Below are positions 20,665-31,158 of a DNA stretch of 45,809 bases, piece after piece. The stretch comes from a virus. How positions within the stretch are numbered: the first letter of the stretch is position 1; each line of letters starts with the position of its first letter. The stretch lies in IMG/VR virus record IMGVR_UViG_3300032770_000036, positions 1-45,809 of that record; one strand, written 5' to 3'. The translations under genes were made by a program, and so were the position numbers. Under the pieces are notes generated by a model. It saw nothing but the letters and a program-made list of their open reading frames with translations, was not told the DNA's origin and did no database searches.

Positions 20665-23159
20665 GGCGAGCCTCCGTATTGCGGCAGGCGCGTCGGCGCG
20701 CTTTCGCCGGGCCCCCACCAGAAGCCGCCGCCGAAATTCTTCTGCTGGCGCTGCTCGATCCGATCCCAGCTCGCGCGATAGTCGGGGTCGACGAGGGTCT
20801 GCAGCTTATCCCAGAACAGCCGATCGACCGCGAGCCGCGACCACCAGGTCGAGGGCGTCCAGCGGCGCAGGACGTTGATCGCCTCGCGCCCTTTCGTCCC
20901 GGTCCTGACGTTCTGCGTGTCGCTGAATTCCTCACGGATCGGCGCGACGCCGAACTTGGTCAGGTCCGCCATCATGCTCACCGTCGGGCCGCCGAAGGCC
21001 GCGACGATGTCGCTGGAGCTGCGATCGCCGCGCAGCGCCGCGTCGAGGAGCTCGCCGTAGTAGCCGGCCGCGCCGCCCTTGGTCATCGCCCTCGCCCAGA
21101 ACCCCGGCGCGTCCATGCGCTCGGGATCCTTGCCGTTGATCACGTTGAGCGCCTGCAGGGTCGCGGCGCCGGCGGCGGTTGACAGCGTCGTGAAGGCGAG
21201 GCCGCGCAGGATGCGCTTGGCGGGATCGCCGTCGGTGAAGACGCGCATCATCTGTGTGGTCATGCGGCTGAGCGCGAAGGTCTTGAACTGCATGAACGAT
21301 CGCCAGAAGTCCATCGCCAGACCCGGGCTCGCGCCGAACGCCGCGCCCGTCTCGATCCCGCGCAACCGGAAATCGGGCTGGTGCATCGCGAACGCGCCCT
21401 GCTCGTCGATCGCGTTCATGACGCGCTCGTAAAGCCCGCGGTCGGCCGTCTGCAGCGCCGTCGGATCGAGATAGCGCGCGCCGCGGAGATCCATCATCGC
21501 CCCCGTGCGCAGCGTGTCCCACTCCGCCGGGGTGAAGCCGTAGGCTGACAGGAAGTCGCGGAACTTCGGGCTCGCCTGGCCGAGCGCCGCCCAATCCTTG
21601 CCGCTCTGACTGGCGAACAGGTTCAGCATGTCGCCGGCCCAGGTGCGCTTGCCGACCTGGCCCCAGGCGTCGAGCCCGGTCGCCCGCACGACGCCCGACG
21701 AGAACTTGCCCGTCGCCTGCATCATCGAGATGTGGTCGTCGTAGTCGCGGATCCCGTTCACGAAATCCATGACGTTGTGGCCCTGCAGCGCCAGGTGCGT
21801 CGCGTCCTCCTTGCTGACACCGCCCCCGAAGACGCGCGCCATGTGGCCGATCCCGTCCATTCCCAGATGGTTAGCGGCGAGGAGCTGCGTCACGCTGTCC
21901 GTCGGGAGCACGGAGAACACCGCCTGCCGGAGGCTCGAAGCGACGTTCATGTTGCGCAGGGCCCCGAGCAGGCCGCCGATGAAGCTGTCATGGGTCGCGT
22001 GCGCCTGCCCGGTCGCCACCTTCCAGGCGCCCTCGATGGCGTTCGGGTGCTCCATGAAGGCGGCGATCATGCGCGCCGGGTTCCACTTGCCGATGGCGCT
22101 GGTCGGGATTTCTGTCACGCGGCCGGCCTGCTTGAGCAGCGCCCGGAAGTTCGCTTCGTAGCTTGGGCCGAAGGTTTCCATCAGCCCGATCTGATGCGCC
22201 ATGCGGTCAAGGTGCCCGACCATCATCTGCATGATGTTGGTCCCCGGGCCGTATTTCTTCTGCAGGCGTAACCAGCTCTCCGCGCCGGCGCTGTTCTGGG
22301 AGAAGACGAAGGTGCGCTGGTCTTTCGAGAACGGCGCGCTCGCCCCGTTGCCCGACCCCGTGATGTCCTTGAAGGCGCGTGTCAGCACGTCATCTGTCAG
22401 CGCCGCGGTGACAGGCTTGCCGGTGTCGCGATCCCAGACGGTCAAGCCGCCGCGCCGGATCTCCTGCAGGATGTCGGCCTTGAAGGTCGGCATGCCGATG
22501 TCGCGGGTCCGCCAGTCACGCCAGAACTGCGGCGTCGCCCAATCCTCCAACGGCGTGAAAATCTTGCCCGCCGCCTGGGCGCGCTGCACGGCGTAGTCGC
22601 TCGCCTGCTTGAACCCGCCGGCGGCCGCCTTGGCGATCTGGTCGCCGGTGTCGACGCCCTTGAGCTCGCGGATCATGTTGTCGACGGCGTTGAGCTGGCG
22701 GTCGGTCGAGCCGCGGAAGCCTGGCTTGAGCTGCTCCATGCCGGCGCTGAACTTGCCGAACAGCGTGCGCGAGATCGAGCGATACTTGCCCTCGACGTTC
22801 GGCCCCTGCTTCACGAGGCTCGCGTCGGGCAGGTCGCGGAAGGCGGTCGCGTCGCGCCACATATCGCGGGTGATCATGCCCATGAGGCCGGCGTGCGCGC
22901 CCATCGGATGCTCGGCGAGGCGCTGCTCGGCGTTGTGGAAGGCGCTGACCTGCGCCTGCGCGTTGCGGATCTTGGCGGCCGACTGCGCGCGCAGCGCCCT
23001 TGCGGCGGCGAGCGCCGAGGCGGCGTCGGCGCTGGCGGGCGCGGCCTCGGCCGTGAACTCGCGCTGCATGCGCTGGTGCATGCGCAAGGCGCTGTCGGCG
23101 TCTTTCTGCTTCACCGTCCCGGCGACGACCGCGCGGGAGAGGCAATCGGCGACGGACAT
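20661..23159 (-). CDS. Large internal virion/ejection-type protein (832 aa)
   Basis: Track ORF. The call rests on its size and its position between the nozzle and tail-fibre genes, as for T7 gp15/gp16. Confidence 0.55.
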   Translation of the reverse strand: MSVADCLSRAVVAGTVKQKDADSALRMHQRMQREFTAEAAPASADAASALAAARALRAQSAAKIRNAQAQVSAFHNAEQRLAEHPMGAHAGLMGMITRDMWRDATAFRDLPDASLVKQGPNVEGKYRSISRTLFGKFSAGMEQLKPGFRGSTDRQLNAVDNMIRELKGVDTGDQIAKAAAGGFKQASDYAVQRAQAAGKIFTPLEDWATPQFWRDWRTRDIGMPTFKADILQEIRRGGLTVWDRDTGKPVTAALTDDVLTRAFKDITGSGNGASAPFSKDQRTFVFSQNSAGAESWLRLQKKYGPGTNIMQMMVGHLDRMAHQIGLMETFGPSYEANFRALLKQAGRVTEIPTSAIGKWNPARMIAAFMEHPNAIEGAWKVATGQAHATHDSFIGGLLGALRNMNVASSLRQAVFSVLPTDSVTQLLAANHLGMDGIGHMARVFGGGVSKEDATHLALQGHNVMDFVNGIRDYDDHISMMQATGKFSSGVVRATGLDAWGQVGKRTWAGDMLNLFASQSGKDWAALGQASPKFRDFLSAYGFTPAEWDTLRTGAMMDLRGARYLDPTALQTADRGLYERVMNAIDEQGAFAMHQPDFRLRGIETGAAFGASPGLAMDFWRSFMQFKTFALSRMTTQMMRVFTDGDPAKRILRGLAFTTLSTAAGAATLQALNVINGKDPERMDAPGFWARAMTKGGAAGYYGELLDAALRGDRSSSDIVAAFGGPTVSMMADLTKFGVAPIREEFSDTQNVRTGTKGREAINVLRRWTPSTWWSRLAVDRLFWDKLQTLVDPDYRASWDRIEQRQQKNFGGGFWWGPGESAPTRLPQYGGSP

Positions 23160-25102
23160 CAGGCTTCCTCGGGCTGTTCGCTCATCGGCTTGACGCAGGC
23201 CTCGATTTGCTCGGCGGCGCGCTCGTCGGCCTTAGCGTCCTCGATCATGTCGGCGATCGAGCGATAGACCGGCTCGCCGTTCTCATCGACGCCGGCGGGG
23301 ACGCGCACGTCCTGTCCGGCCGCCGCGCGCGCGTCGAGCAGTCGCTCGGCGTCCGCCTGCAGAGCCTTCGCCATGCCAGGGTCTTGCAGGACCGCCGGGT
23401 CGGCCGCGGCCGCCGCGTCCGCTGACAGCGGCGGCTCTGCGGGGAGCTCGCCGCGTCGCGCGGCGGCGATCTCGGCGGCGCCCGGGAGCGTTTCTCGGAT
23501 TGTGCGCGGGCGCGCGACGATCTCGTTCAGGATCGCACGCCGCTCCCAATCGTCCTGCGTTTCGAGCAGCCGATCTGTCAGTGCGGCGGCGTCCTCGCGC
23601 GGCATGTCGTGACCTGTCAGAGACGCCAGGTTTCGGACGTTGCCCTCGACGCCGTTGCGGAAAGCGGCCCCCATTTCGGCGGGCTCCATCTCGGCGAGGC
23701 GCAGCATCTCCGCGGTGTTGTCGACCCGGCCGAGATGAATATCGAACAGCGAGGGCGGGACGCGCGAGGTCTGGCCGAGGTTCAGCGGCTCGGTGATTTC
23801 CTCCGGCGACAGTTTCGCCCGCTGAACCGCGATTTCGTTGAGCCTGCCGTTGATTTCCTCAAGCTCGCGCGTGGCGAGCCGGCGCTGCTCAAGCGGCGCA
23901 GCGGCGGCGCGCAGCGCCTCAGGCGTCGTGTCGGTGAGCAGCTCGTCGCGGCGCTCGCCCAGCGCCCGGCGCTCGTCCGCAGTCGTCGCGGCTGCGCGCT
24001 GGCGGTCGATCTCGTCGAGGCGGGCAAGCGTCTCGGCCGCGCCGCGATCACCCTCCGGCAAGCCCGCAAGCTGGTCGCCGAGGGCGGCCTGGCGCTCGCG
24101 GAGGCCGGCCTCTTCCGAGATGCGGGCGAGCTCAGCCCCGTCGACCTTGGGAACGGCGAAAGGCCGCTCGGCATGCAGGCGCGCCATCAGCTCGCGCGAC
24201 GCCGGCCCGATCTCGGCCATAACAGGATCGCCGTTGATGATCTGATCGAGGGAGCGCCCGAGCGCATCGCGGTGCGCGGCCTCGCCCTCTGCGCCGGGGA
24301 GGATATTCGACGCCTGGACGTTCGCCTCGCTCGCCACCGCGTTGCCGGCGTCCCTGACAGACCTCGGCCACGCGCCGGTCGCAACCCTCGTCCACAGGTC
24401 GCCAAGCCCGCGCACGGTCACGCCAAGCCCAGCGCCGGCTATGCCGGCCTCGGCGATCTCGGCGCCGGGCGAATAGGTCGGGTCGATCTGCTGGCGGCGT
24501 TGCGCGTTGATCGCTTCGTTCACGCGCTGAGAGCCCACGCCATAGCCGCCCCAGATGAGCGCCGAGGAGAGATAGCCGCCCTCGGCCTCGGGCGAGATGG
24601 CGAGCGCTGGCAGGTTCAGGGGGTCATTCAGGCCGGACAGCGCCGAGCCGGCGACGGAGCCGACCTTGCCGCCGAAGGTCTTTTCGCGCCCCTGCATCTC
24701 GTCGTAGTTCGCGACCGCGCCCTTCTGGATTTCGAGCGCCCGCCGGTCGATGTCGTCCGACGTCATCGGCTGCAGGTTGACCGCCGGGCTCTTGGTCCGG
24801 GCGGCGGCGAGCGCCGAGTTCGCGACGTCGAGGCCATCGGGTTCGATCACGCCCCCATCGGGGCCGGGCGCCAGGCGGTTCGCGTATTCGCTCGCGACGT
24901 CGCCGCCGGCTGCTTGCACCTTTTGCGAGAACTCGGCGATCGCCTGGTTGCGCGCGTTCGTGGCGCTGACAGAATTCGAGAACAGCTCGCCCCGCTGCCA
25001 AGCCGCGTCGAACGTGTCGCCGAAGCCGGCGGGAAGGTGAGAACCTTCACCCGGCTGCGGCGACGGATCGCCGAGGCTGTCAGCCCAGAGATCGAGCAGC
25101 AT
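23159..25102 (-). CDS. Large internal virion/ejection-type protein (647 aa)
   Basis: Track ORF, called by size and position. The central region is coiled-coil-rich. Confidence 0.55.
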   Translation of the reverse strand: MLLDLWADSLGDPSPQPGEGSHLPAGFGDTFDAAWQRGELFSNSVSATNARNQAIAEFSQKVQAAGGDVASEYANRLAPGPDGGVIEPDGLDVANSALAAARTKSPAVNLQPMTSDDIDRRALEIQKGAVANYDEMQGREKTFGGKVGSVAGSALSGLNDPLNLPALAISPEAEGGYLSSALIWGGYGVGSQRVNEAINAQRRQQIDPTYSPGAEIAEAGIAGAGLGVTVRGLGDLWTRVATGAWPRSVRDAGNAVASEANVQASNILPGAEGEAAHRDALGRSLDQIINGDPVMAEIGPASRELMARLHAERPFAVPKVDGAELARISEEAGLRERQAALGDQLAGLPEGDRGAAETLARLDEIDRQRAAATTADERRALGERRDELLTDTTPEALRAAAAPLEQRRLATRELEEINGRLNEIAVQRAKLSPEEITEPLNLGQTSRVPPSLFDIHLGRVDNTAEMLRLAEMEPAEMGAAFRNGVEGNVRNLASLTGHDMPREDAAALTDRLLETQDDWERRAILNEIVARPRTIRETLPGAAEIAAARRGELPAEPPLSADAAAAADPAVLQDPGMAKALQADAERLLDARAAAGQDVRVPAGVDENGEPVYRSIADMIEDAKADERAAEQIEACVKPMSEQPEEA

Positions 25103-25103
25103 G

Positions 25104-25409
25104 TCAGTCTGCTACGCCGGGAACCCCGAGCAGGCGCCCGCGGCCGCCGACCTTCTGGGCCGTCGTGTTGCCGCTGGTCCAAGTCGCGAAGGTGACGCCG
25201 TCGGACGAATATTCGCCCGGGCTCTTTTTGAGCGCCTGCGCGGCGTCGACCGGGTGAAGGTAGACCGGCGTGACGGTGAAGTTGGTCCCGTCGCCCTGGC
25301 GAAACCAGATGGTCGCGAGCCCATCGGCCTGGGTGTCGGCCGTCGCCTTGGAGGCCGAGGTCGGGGGCTGCTGCAACTTGCTGGGGTTATTTGCGTTCGT
25401 CGTCGTCAA
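25104..25409 (-). CDS. Hypothetical virion-module protein (101 aa)
   Basis: Track ORF packed between the two large genes. Confidence 0.5.
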   Translation of the reverse strand: MTTTNANNPSKLQQPPTSASKATADTQADGLATIWFRQGDGTNFTVTPVYLHPVDAAQALKKSPGEYSSDGVTFATWTSGNTTAQKVGGRGRLLGVPGVAD

Positions 25410-25418
25410 TTTTGCCTC

Positions 25419-28400
25419 CTACTGATAATTGTAGTTGTCCCAAGTATTGCTGCCAGAAGAAGCGGCCGGTTGCACGCGACGCAAATCGAGCACGAACTTG
25501 GTCGGCGCTTCGCTGTCAGCGCCCTGGTAGGCGTAGACGGGGCGCGCGGGGTCACTGCCAAGACGGACGAAGTAGCGGCCGCTGCCTATACTTTCAAGCT
25601 GCGCGTTGTTGCGCAAATAATCCGCTGTCACGGGTTCCCCATTGGGCGACGTCACGCCGGCGAGCATCGGATCGGTCACGCCGGCGATCGTGCGATCGAA
25701 CCCGCGCTGGTCCATGCCGCGCTGCGGCGCGATGATGCTGCTCCCGTTATGCGTCACGACGCCGCCGGTGACATCGGCGACGGACTGCCGCACGCGATCG
25801 GGGCTGTAGCCGCTCTGCCCGCTCTGTGCGGCGAGGTCGGCGTAGCGCGCCCGCGCCATCGCCCGGATCGTCTCATAGGCTCCCGCGGGGTTCGCGCGGT
25901 CCTGGATGCTGAACATCGTCGGCGGCAGGGCGGCGTCGAGGTTCTGTTGAAACTGCGACTTGCCTCCGAGCTCGCCCTCGGGCGCCCAGCGCTTGGCGTC
26001 CTCGCGGAGAAGCCCCTGGCCGCGCATGACAGACTGTGCGACGTCGGGCGCGGTCGGCATGAGCGACGCCGCGGCCGCCATCGCCATGCCCTCGACGCCG
26101 CCGGCGCCAAGCGCCCTGAACGTCGCTTCCCGGCGATCCTCAGGCAGCGTCCCGATGGCGTTCGCGAGGTTCACGCGCTGCTGCAGCGAGCCCGAAGTCA
26201 GGATCCCGCGCGCCTGGGGCAGCTCGTCGGGCGCCAGCGCGGGCGCGGTGTTATCGCCGGTGCGCGCGGCGATCGACGAAGCGAGATCGCTGCGCTGATG
26301 CAGGCCAACAGCGAGCGCGTTCTGGTCGTCGAAGTTGAGCCCGATCGGCGCGCCCTCGCCGCCATCCCAGCCCTTGGCGACCGCGGTTCCCCAGGGGTCT
26401 TTCTTGAGCTGCTCGACGCCCTTGTCATAGAACGTGCGCGCCTGCTCGGCGACTTGCGCCTGGTAGAGCGAGCCGCCCTGCGCGCGGTCCTTGATCATGT
26501 CGATATAGGCCTGCCCCTGGCCCGGTGGCAGATTGATGGCCTGGTCTGACAGCGCGCGCGCTGTCACGGCCGCTTGCAGTTGCGCCGCTTTCTCCGCGAG
26601 CCGCGGGTCCGTCTGGGCGATCTGCGCGATCGAGGCGAGCGTGTCGACGCTCGGCATGATCCCGGCGCCGACCGATTTCGTCGCCCCCTCGATCATCGTC
26701 GCGGCGTAATTGTATCGGTTCTCGGGATCGAGCGTAATCGATTGCACGTAGGTCGAAAGCAGGAACGGGTTCTGCCGCACCTGCTCGGGCGTGAACGGCG
26801 TCCCGTTCGCCGACATCCCCGTGCCCTCGCCGAGCACGGCGCGCGCCTCGGCCTGGCGGCGCGCGTAGTTCGCGCCATTATTGTCGCCGGCGTGCGCCCG
26901 GATGGCGGCGGCGATCGCCGCGGGGTCGCCCGTCGCCGCAGCGGCCGCGACGTTCTGCGGGACATGCCCGTAATTGTAAGCCATCGACGTGATGGCCGCC
27001 TGCGCGCCTGGCGTCATGCTCGCCCATGCCGGGCCGATCGCCTGCGCCGCGCCCTGGGCGTAAATGCCCGTCCGGCGCTGCAGGTCGCGCTCGGCGTCCG
27101 CCGGCGTGATGCGCGTGTCGGGGCCGACCTCCTCCACGGTCCCGTCAGCCCGCGTCACGGTGTCGGAGCCGTAGCCGGTCCGCAGATGGTTGACATCGGG
27201 ATAGGGCGTCGTGCGCAGGCCCTCGGAGGCGCGCAACGCGCCTTGCACGTCGCCCCTGGCGAGGGCGCTGAGATAGAACCCGGCCGTCGTGCCGCCGACG
27301 CGGCTCGCGGCCCCCGAGGCGTCGATGGCGCCCTCGGGACCGAGGCCCTGGCGCACGAGCGACTGGTTAGGGCTGTCGGTCCGGGTCGCGTTCTGCAACT
27401 GCCAGACCTGATGCTCGGCGAGCAGGCGCTTCGTGTCGTCTTCCGCGCCCGGGATCGCGGCGCTCTTGAGGATGGCGGCCTGCCAGACCGGCTCTGTCAG
27501 CTTCGCGCTCGCTTCCGGGTTGTGCGCGGCCTGCGTCAGCGCTTCGAGGTTCGCTCGGTTCGCCGCGGCGTCGGCCTTGTATTGGCCGATCACGAAGCCG
27601 ATACGGCTTTCGCCGACGGCCATGAAGTGCGCTTGCTGCGACGGCGAGAGGCCGAGCTTCGGATCATGCACGGCGTCGAAGAGGTTCTGGCGCGCCTGGT
27701 CGACGCCGCCCGGCCCCTTCATGTCGCGATCGACATTGCCGGCGATCGCGTAGCCGTGAAGCAGGTTCAGGTCGGCCTTGTCGTTCGCGTCCTGCAGGGT
27801 TTGCGAGACGCCGAAGGCGGGGTTGGCGACGAGCTGGCGGCCGGCGGCCTGATAATCCGCCTGCGCCTTCTCCCAATCCGGCCCGGTCGTGACCCCTTGC
27901 TGCGCCAGCGACGACAGCGTGTTGAAGGCGCTTGTGCGGGCGTCGGCGATCGCCGTGCGCGCGTTCTCGACGTTCACCGTCGCCTGCCGCGCGACGGCGC
28001 CGTCGTAGTGCTGCGTCAGGACGCTCGACGCCCGGTCGGCCATCGCCTCGCCGATCGGGCCGGGGTTGCGCGCGCGGACCCCCGCGACATAGGCGTTGCC
28101 CGCCTGCAGAAGCCCCTGCGGGTCACCCTGGTGCTGCGCGGCCAGGTCCGCCATGTCGCGCTGCGCGAGGTTATCACCCTGCGCCAACGCGCCCGCCTTG
28201 ATCGCCTGCTCGTATGCGATCCCGGCCTGCCCGAGGATCGGCATTCCGGCGGGCTTGCCGACGGTGATATTGCCCTGCGCGTCGCGCGTCACCATGCCCG
28301 ACTGCAGGTCGGTGACAGCCTGGTCCTTCGCCGCGTGAACGGCGACCGCCTCCAGGCCATCCGAGAGGCGATCGAGGCCGGCCGCCAGGAAAGAGCCCGA

Positions 28401-28484
28401 GCGGGCGTACTGGAAGCCCGAGACGCGCGGCGTCGGGGCCTGGGCCGTGACGTCGGGCTGGTCGGGGATGGGGAGGTCGACCAC
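25419..28484 (-). CDS. Internal virion protein (1021 aa) with a central GH24-type lysozyme domain
   Basis: Residues about 405-552 read ...RASEGLRTTPYPDVNHLRTGYGSDTV...ITPADAERDL...AQAAITSMAYNYG...RRQAEARAVLG. This follows the phage lysozyme pattern EG.r...Y.D..g..TiGYG. Confidence 0.7.
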   Translation of the reverse strand: MVDLPIPDQPDVTAQAPTPRVSGFQYARSGSFLAAGLDRLSDGLEAVAVHAAKDQAVTDLQSGMVTRDAQGNITVGKPAGMPILGQAGIAYEQAIKAGALAQGDNLAQRDMADLAAQHQGDPQGLLQAGNAYVAGVRARNPGPIGEAMADRASSVLTQHYDGAVARQATVNVENARTAIADARTSAFNTLSSLAQQGVTTGPDWEKAQADYQAAGRQLVANPAFGVSQTLQDANDKADLNLLHGYAIAGNVDRDMKGPGGVDQARQNLFDAVHDPKLGLSPSQQAHFMAVGESRIGFVIGQYKADAAANRANLEALTQAAHNPEASAKLTEPVWQAAILKSAAIPGAEDDTKRLLAEHQVWQLQNATRTDSPNQSLVRQGLGPEGAIDASGAASRVGGTTAGFYLSALARGDVQGALRASEGLRTTPYPDVNHLRTGYGSDTVTRADGTVEEVGPDTRITPADAERDLQRRTGIYAQGAAQAIGPAWASMTPGAQAAITSMAYNYGHVPQNVAAAAATGDPAAIAAAIRAHAGDNNGANYARRQAEARAVLGEGTGMSANGTPFTPEQVRQNPFLLSTYVQSITLDPENRYNYAATMIEGATKSVGAGIMPSVDTLASIAQIAQTDPRLAEKAAQLQAAVTARALSDQAINLPPGQGQAYIDMIKDRAQGGSLYQAQVAEQARTFYDKGVEQLKKDPWGTAVAKGWDGGEGAPIGLNFDDQNALAVGLHQRSDLASSIAARTGDNTAPALAPDELPQARGILTSGSLQQRVNLANAIGTLPEDRREATFRALGAGGVEGMAMAAAASLMPTAPDVAQSVMRGQGLLREDAKRWAPEGELGGKSQFQQNLDAALPPTMFSIQDRANPAGAYETIRAMARARYADLAAQSGQSGYSPDRVRQSVADVTGGVVTHNGSSIIAPQRGMDQRGFDRTIAGVTDPMLAGVTSPNGEPVTADYLRNNAQLESIGSGRYFVRLGSDPARPVYAYQGADSEAPTKFVLDLRRVQPAASSGSNTWDNYNYQ

Positions 28485-28486
28485 GC

Positions 28487-28942
28487 TCAGCTCCCCCCGC
28501 CGCTGAAGTTGATACCGGACACGCCCTTGAAGATGCTCCCGAGCGCGCCGAACGCGCCCCCGAGCAGGGCGTCGCCGGCGCTCTGCTGATAGAAATTCTC
28601 GGCGTTCTGATCCGATTTTATCTGCGCGTTGATGTTCGTCAGCGCCGCGGTGCGGTTGATGTCGCCCTGGCCCTGCACATTCGCGGCGATCGCGTTCCCG
28701 GTCGGGCTGTAGGGATTGAGCTGCGCCGAGGCGCGCACCGCCTGGATATTCGCCAGGGCGCCGGTCAGCCGGCGCGTCATGTCGCCCGAGGTCTGCGCGG
28801 CCTTGATCTTGCCCATCTCGACCGCGTTCGCCGCGTTCTGCGCCTCCATCTCCGCGCCCTGCGCGGCGCGATCGGCCCCGATGAAAGAGCCGACGGCGGA
28901 AAGCCCGGTGGCGGCGAGGGCGAGAGGGGCGGCGATCGCCAT
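28487..28942 (-). CDS. Small internal virion protein (151 aa) with an N-terminal hydrophobic helix and a Gly-rich C-terminus
   Basis: Track ORF 28487..29125 trimmed to MAIAAPLALAATGLSAVGSFIG.... It sits after the nozzle gene, as T7 gp13/gp14 do. Confidence 0.5.
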   Translation of the reverse strand: MAIAAPLALAATGLSAVGSFIGADRAAQGAEMEAQNAANAVEMGKIKAAQTSGDMTRRLTGALANIQAVRASAQLNPYSPTGNAIAANVQGQGDINRTAALTNINAQIKSDQNAENFYQQSAGDALLGGAFGALGSIFKGVSGINFSGGGS

Positions 28943-31158
28943 CAGACCGTGACCTCCGCCGTGAACTCGATCAGCCGGATTTGCCCATAGCGGCTCGACG
29001 TCAGCGAGATCGAGGGAAAGTAGGAGCGCCCGAGCGGCCGCTCGCGCACGCTGTTCAGGGCGAAGGTCGGCGGCTGCGTCGCGTCCTGGCCGAACTGGTA
29101 GGCGGGATAGCGCCGCGTTCCCCAATCAAACTCGCAGTTCGCCTCAAGCGTGATCATCGCGTTCTTGATTGAGCGCCGGCGCATGCGCTGCTTGACGTCT
29201 TGCCCGGGCTGGGCGGTGCGAATGACAGGGGTGTAAGTCTTCGAGATCGGCGAGCCGCCTGTCAGCGTCGGATCTGTCAGCACGTCCCCCTGAAGCTGCA
29301 CGATGTTCCCGAGGGCGTCGATCGAGCGATCGCCGTAGTCGACGCCGCCCTCGGCGAGCGTGACGGTCCCGTTCGCCAGCCACCAGAACGGGCCCTTGCC
29401 GCCGACCACGAGGTTCGCCGGCGGTGAGTTTACGAGGATCGTGCTGTCGAGATAGTCGGCAGCGTCTTCCTTCTCGATGATCGTCCCGCCGCTGTAGGTC
29501 GAGGAATACCAGACGTCGCCGATGTCGGTCACGACCCAATTCGCTGCGCCGACGCCGTTCTCGGGATGCCAGCCGACGAGATTGTTCTGCTCGTTGAACT
29601 TGCCGATCACCAGCGACCCGTCGGCGTTGACGACATAGGCCAGGCGCTCCGGCGCATTGTCGCCCGCCGAGACGGCGATGCAGCGCGGCCCGGTGAACAG
29701 GTCGGAATAGGCGTCCGACAGGTCTTGGCTCGCGTAGGGGAGGGTGATCGAGCCGGTCGCGCGCACGACGGAGATGCGGTCGCCGGCGGCGTTCAGATAG
29801 ATCACGGACTGCAGAAGCGGGACCGGGCGCACGGGCGAGCAGCCGTCGTTCGTGATCTCGCGAAAGGCGACCGAGCCCGGCTTGAGCGGCGTGCCGCTGA
29901 CAGCGAGCGGGATGAACCATACGCCGTGATCGGTGAAAATGAACTCGTCGCCGGTGTCGACGACATTGAGCACTTTCGGCCGCCGGTTGACGAATTCGAG
30001 GATCCCGCTGGTCGCGTCGGAGCCCGCGCTCTGATCGGTGACGGCCGCGGCGCTGTCGATGTAGCACTGCGTCAGCGCGCCGATGACCGTCCACAGGATC
30101 GCCTCTTGGCGCTGCGGGAACTGGCAGAATATGAACCTGTCATTGCCGAAGGCGACCGCGGCGGGCCATCCGTTCAGCGTGCTCATGAATTCCTCGGTCC
30201 ACTGCACGGTTTGCGTCGCGCCGCTGAACAGCGTGAAGCCCGACGTCGCCGAGCTCGCGGAGGGCGAGGAGATCGTGTCGGCCGTCGCGCCGCCGACCGT
30301 CGGCATGATGCGCCCGGACATCAGCGGGCCCGTGACCGTCGTCGCGCCGATGCTGACGACCTCGATCTTGAGGCCGCTGTTCGTCGTCGCCGCGACTTGC
30401 CCCTGCGAGAACGCGGTCGGATCGACGCCGGCGAAAACGACCGTATCGGGCAGGCGCGAAAGCACGGTCGCGGTCGCGTGCGTGCTGTCCGTCACGGTCG
30501 CGATCTGCACCTGGCCGCCGAGGATCGAAAGCACCGATCCGATCATGGCGTTGGTGAAATAGGGCAGCGAGCAGGTGAGGGCGAGCGACGCGCCGACGGT
30601 CTTGTAGTTGGAGGTCGACGAGCTCCACGACATCGCCGCGCCGAGCGCGTTGAAGCGGAAGAAGGGTTCCTGGTAGTTGCCGCCGATCGTCGTCCAGGCG
30701 AAGGGCGCGAAGGTCCAGCCCGAATTGGCCGGACTCCAGGTCAGCACTTGCGGCTGCATGCCGGGGAAGCAGACGCAGACCTGATAGAGCCCCTGGGCGA
30801 CGCTGATCTGCCAGAGGGTCGACGCGGTCCAGAGATACGAAGCGCTCGAATTCTGGGCGACGATGTTCCCCGCGAGATCGGTGATGACGATCTTCGCGTT
30901 GCCGCCGGCGGGCGGGTAAAAGTGAATGTGGTAGACGGCCGCCGCCGACATGCGGCAGAACTCGAAGCGCGCCGCGCCGACGTAGAGGGCGTCGCGGCCG
31001 GGGCGCGTCAACGCGGTCCCCTGGGCCTCCGAGCGGTAGTTCAGAAGCGCGAGGGCGCCGGTCGCAACCGCGGCGACGTCATCCCGGCGCAGCGCGCTCG
31101 CGTTGACCTGGCCGCCGGAAAAGTCGACCTGGCGGATAACCTCGCTCGGGATCGGCAT
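28942..31158 (-). CDS. Nozzle / tail tubular protein B (T7 gp12-like, 738 aa)
   Basis: The call rests on size, position directly after the adaptor gene, and an N-terminal pattern (..VDFSGGQV....R.D......N......G...RPG) that resembles gp12. Confidence 0.6.
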   Translation of the reverse strand: MPIPSEVIRQVDFSGGQVNASALRRDDVAAVATGALALLNYRSEAQGTALTRPGRDALYVGAARFEFCRMSAAAVYHIHFYPPAGGNAKIVITDLAGNIVAQNSSASYLWTASTLWQISVAQGLYQVCVCFPGMQPQVLTWSPANSGWTFAPFAWTTIGGNYQEPFFRFNALGAAMSWSSSTSNYKTVGASLALTCSLPYFTNAMIGSVLSILGGQVQIATVTDSTHATATVLSRLPDTVVFAGVDPTAFSQGQVAATTNSGLKIEVVSIGATTVTGPLMSGRIMPTVGGATADTISSPSASSATSGFTLFSGATQTVQWTEEFMSTLNGWPAAVAFGNDRFIFCQFPQRQEAILWTVIGALTQCYIDSAAAVTDQSAGSDATSGILEFVNRRPKVLNVVDTGDEFIFTDHGVWFIPLAVSGTPLKPGSVAFREITNDGCSPVRPVPLLQSVIYLNAAGDRISVVRATGSITLPYASQDLSDAYSDLFTGPRCIAVSAGDNAPERLAYVVNADGSLVIGKFNEQNNLVGWHPENGVGAANWVVTDIGDVWYSSTYSGGTIIEKEDAADYLDSTILVNSPPANLVVGGKGPFWWLANGTVTLAEGGVDYGDRSIDALGNIVQLQGDVLTDPTLTGGSPISKTYTPVIRTAQPGQDVKQRMRRRSIKNAMITLEANCEFDWGTRRYPAYQFGQDATQPPTFALNSVRERPLGRSYFPSISLTSSRYGQIRLIEFTAEVTV

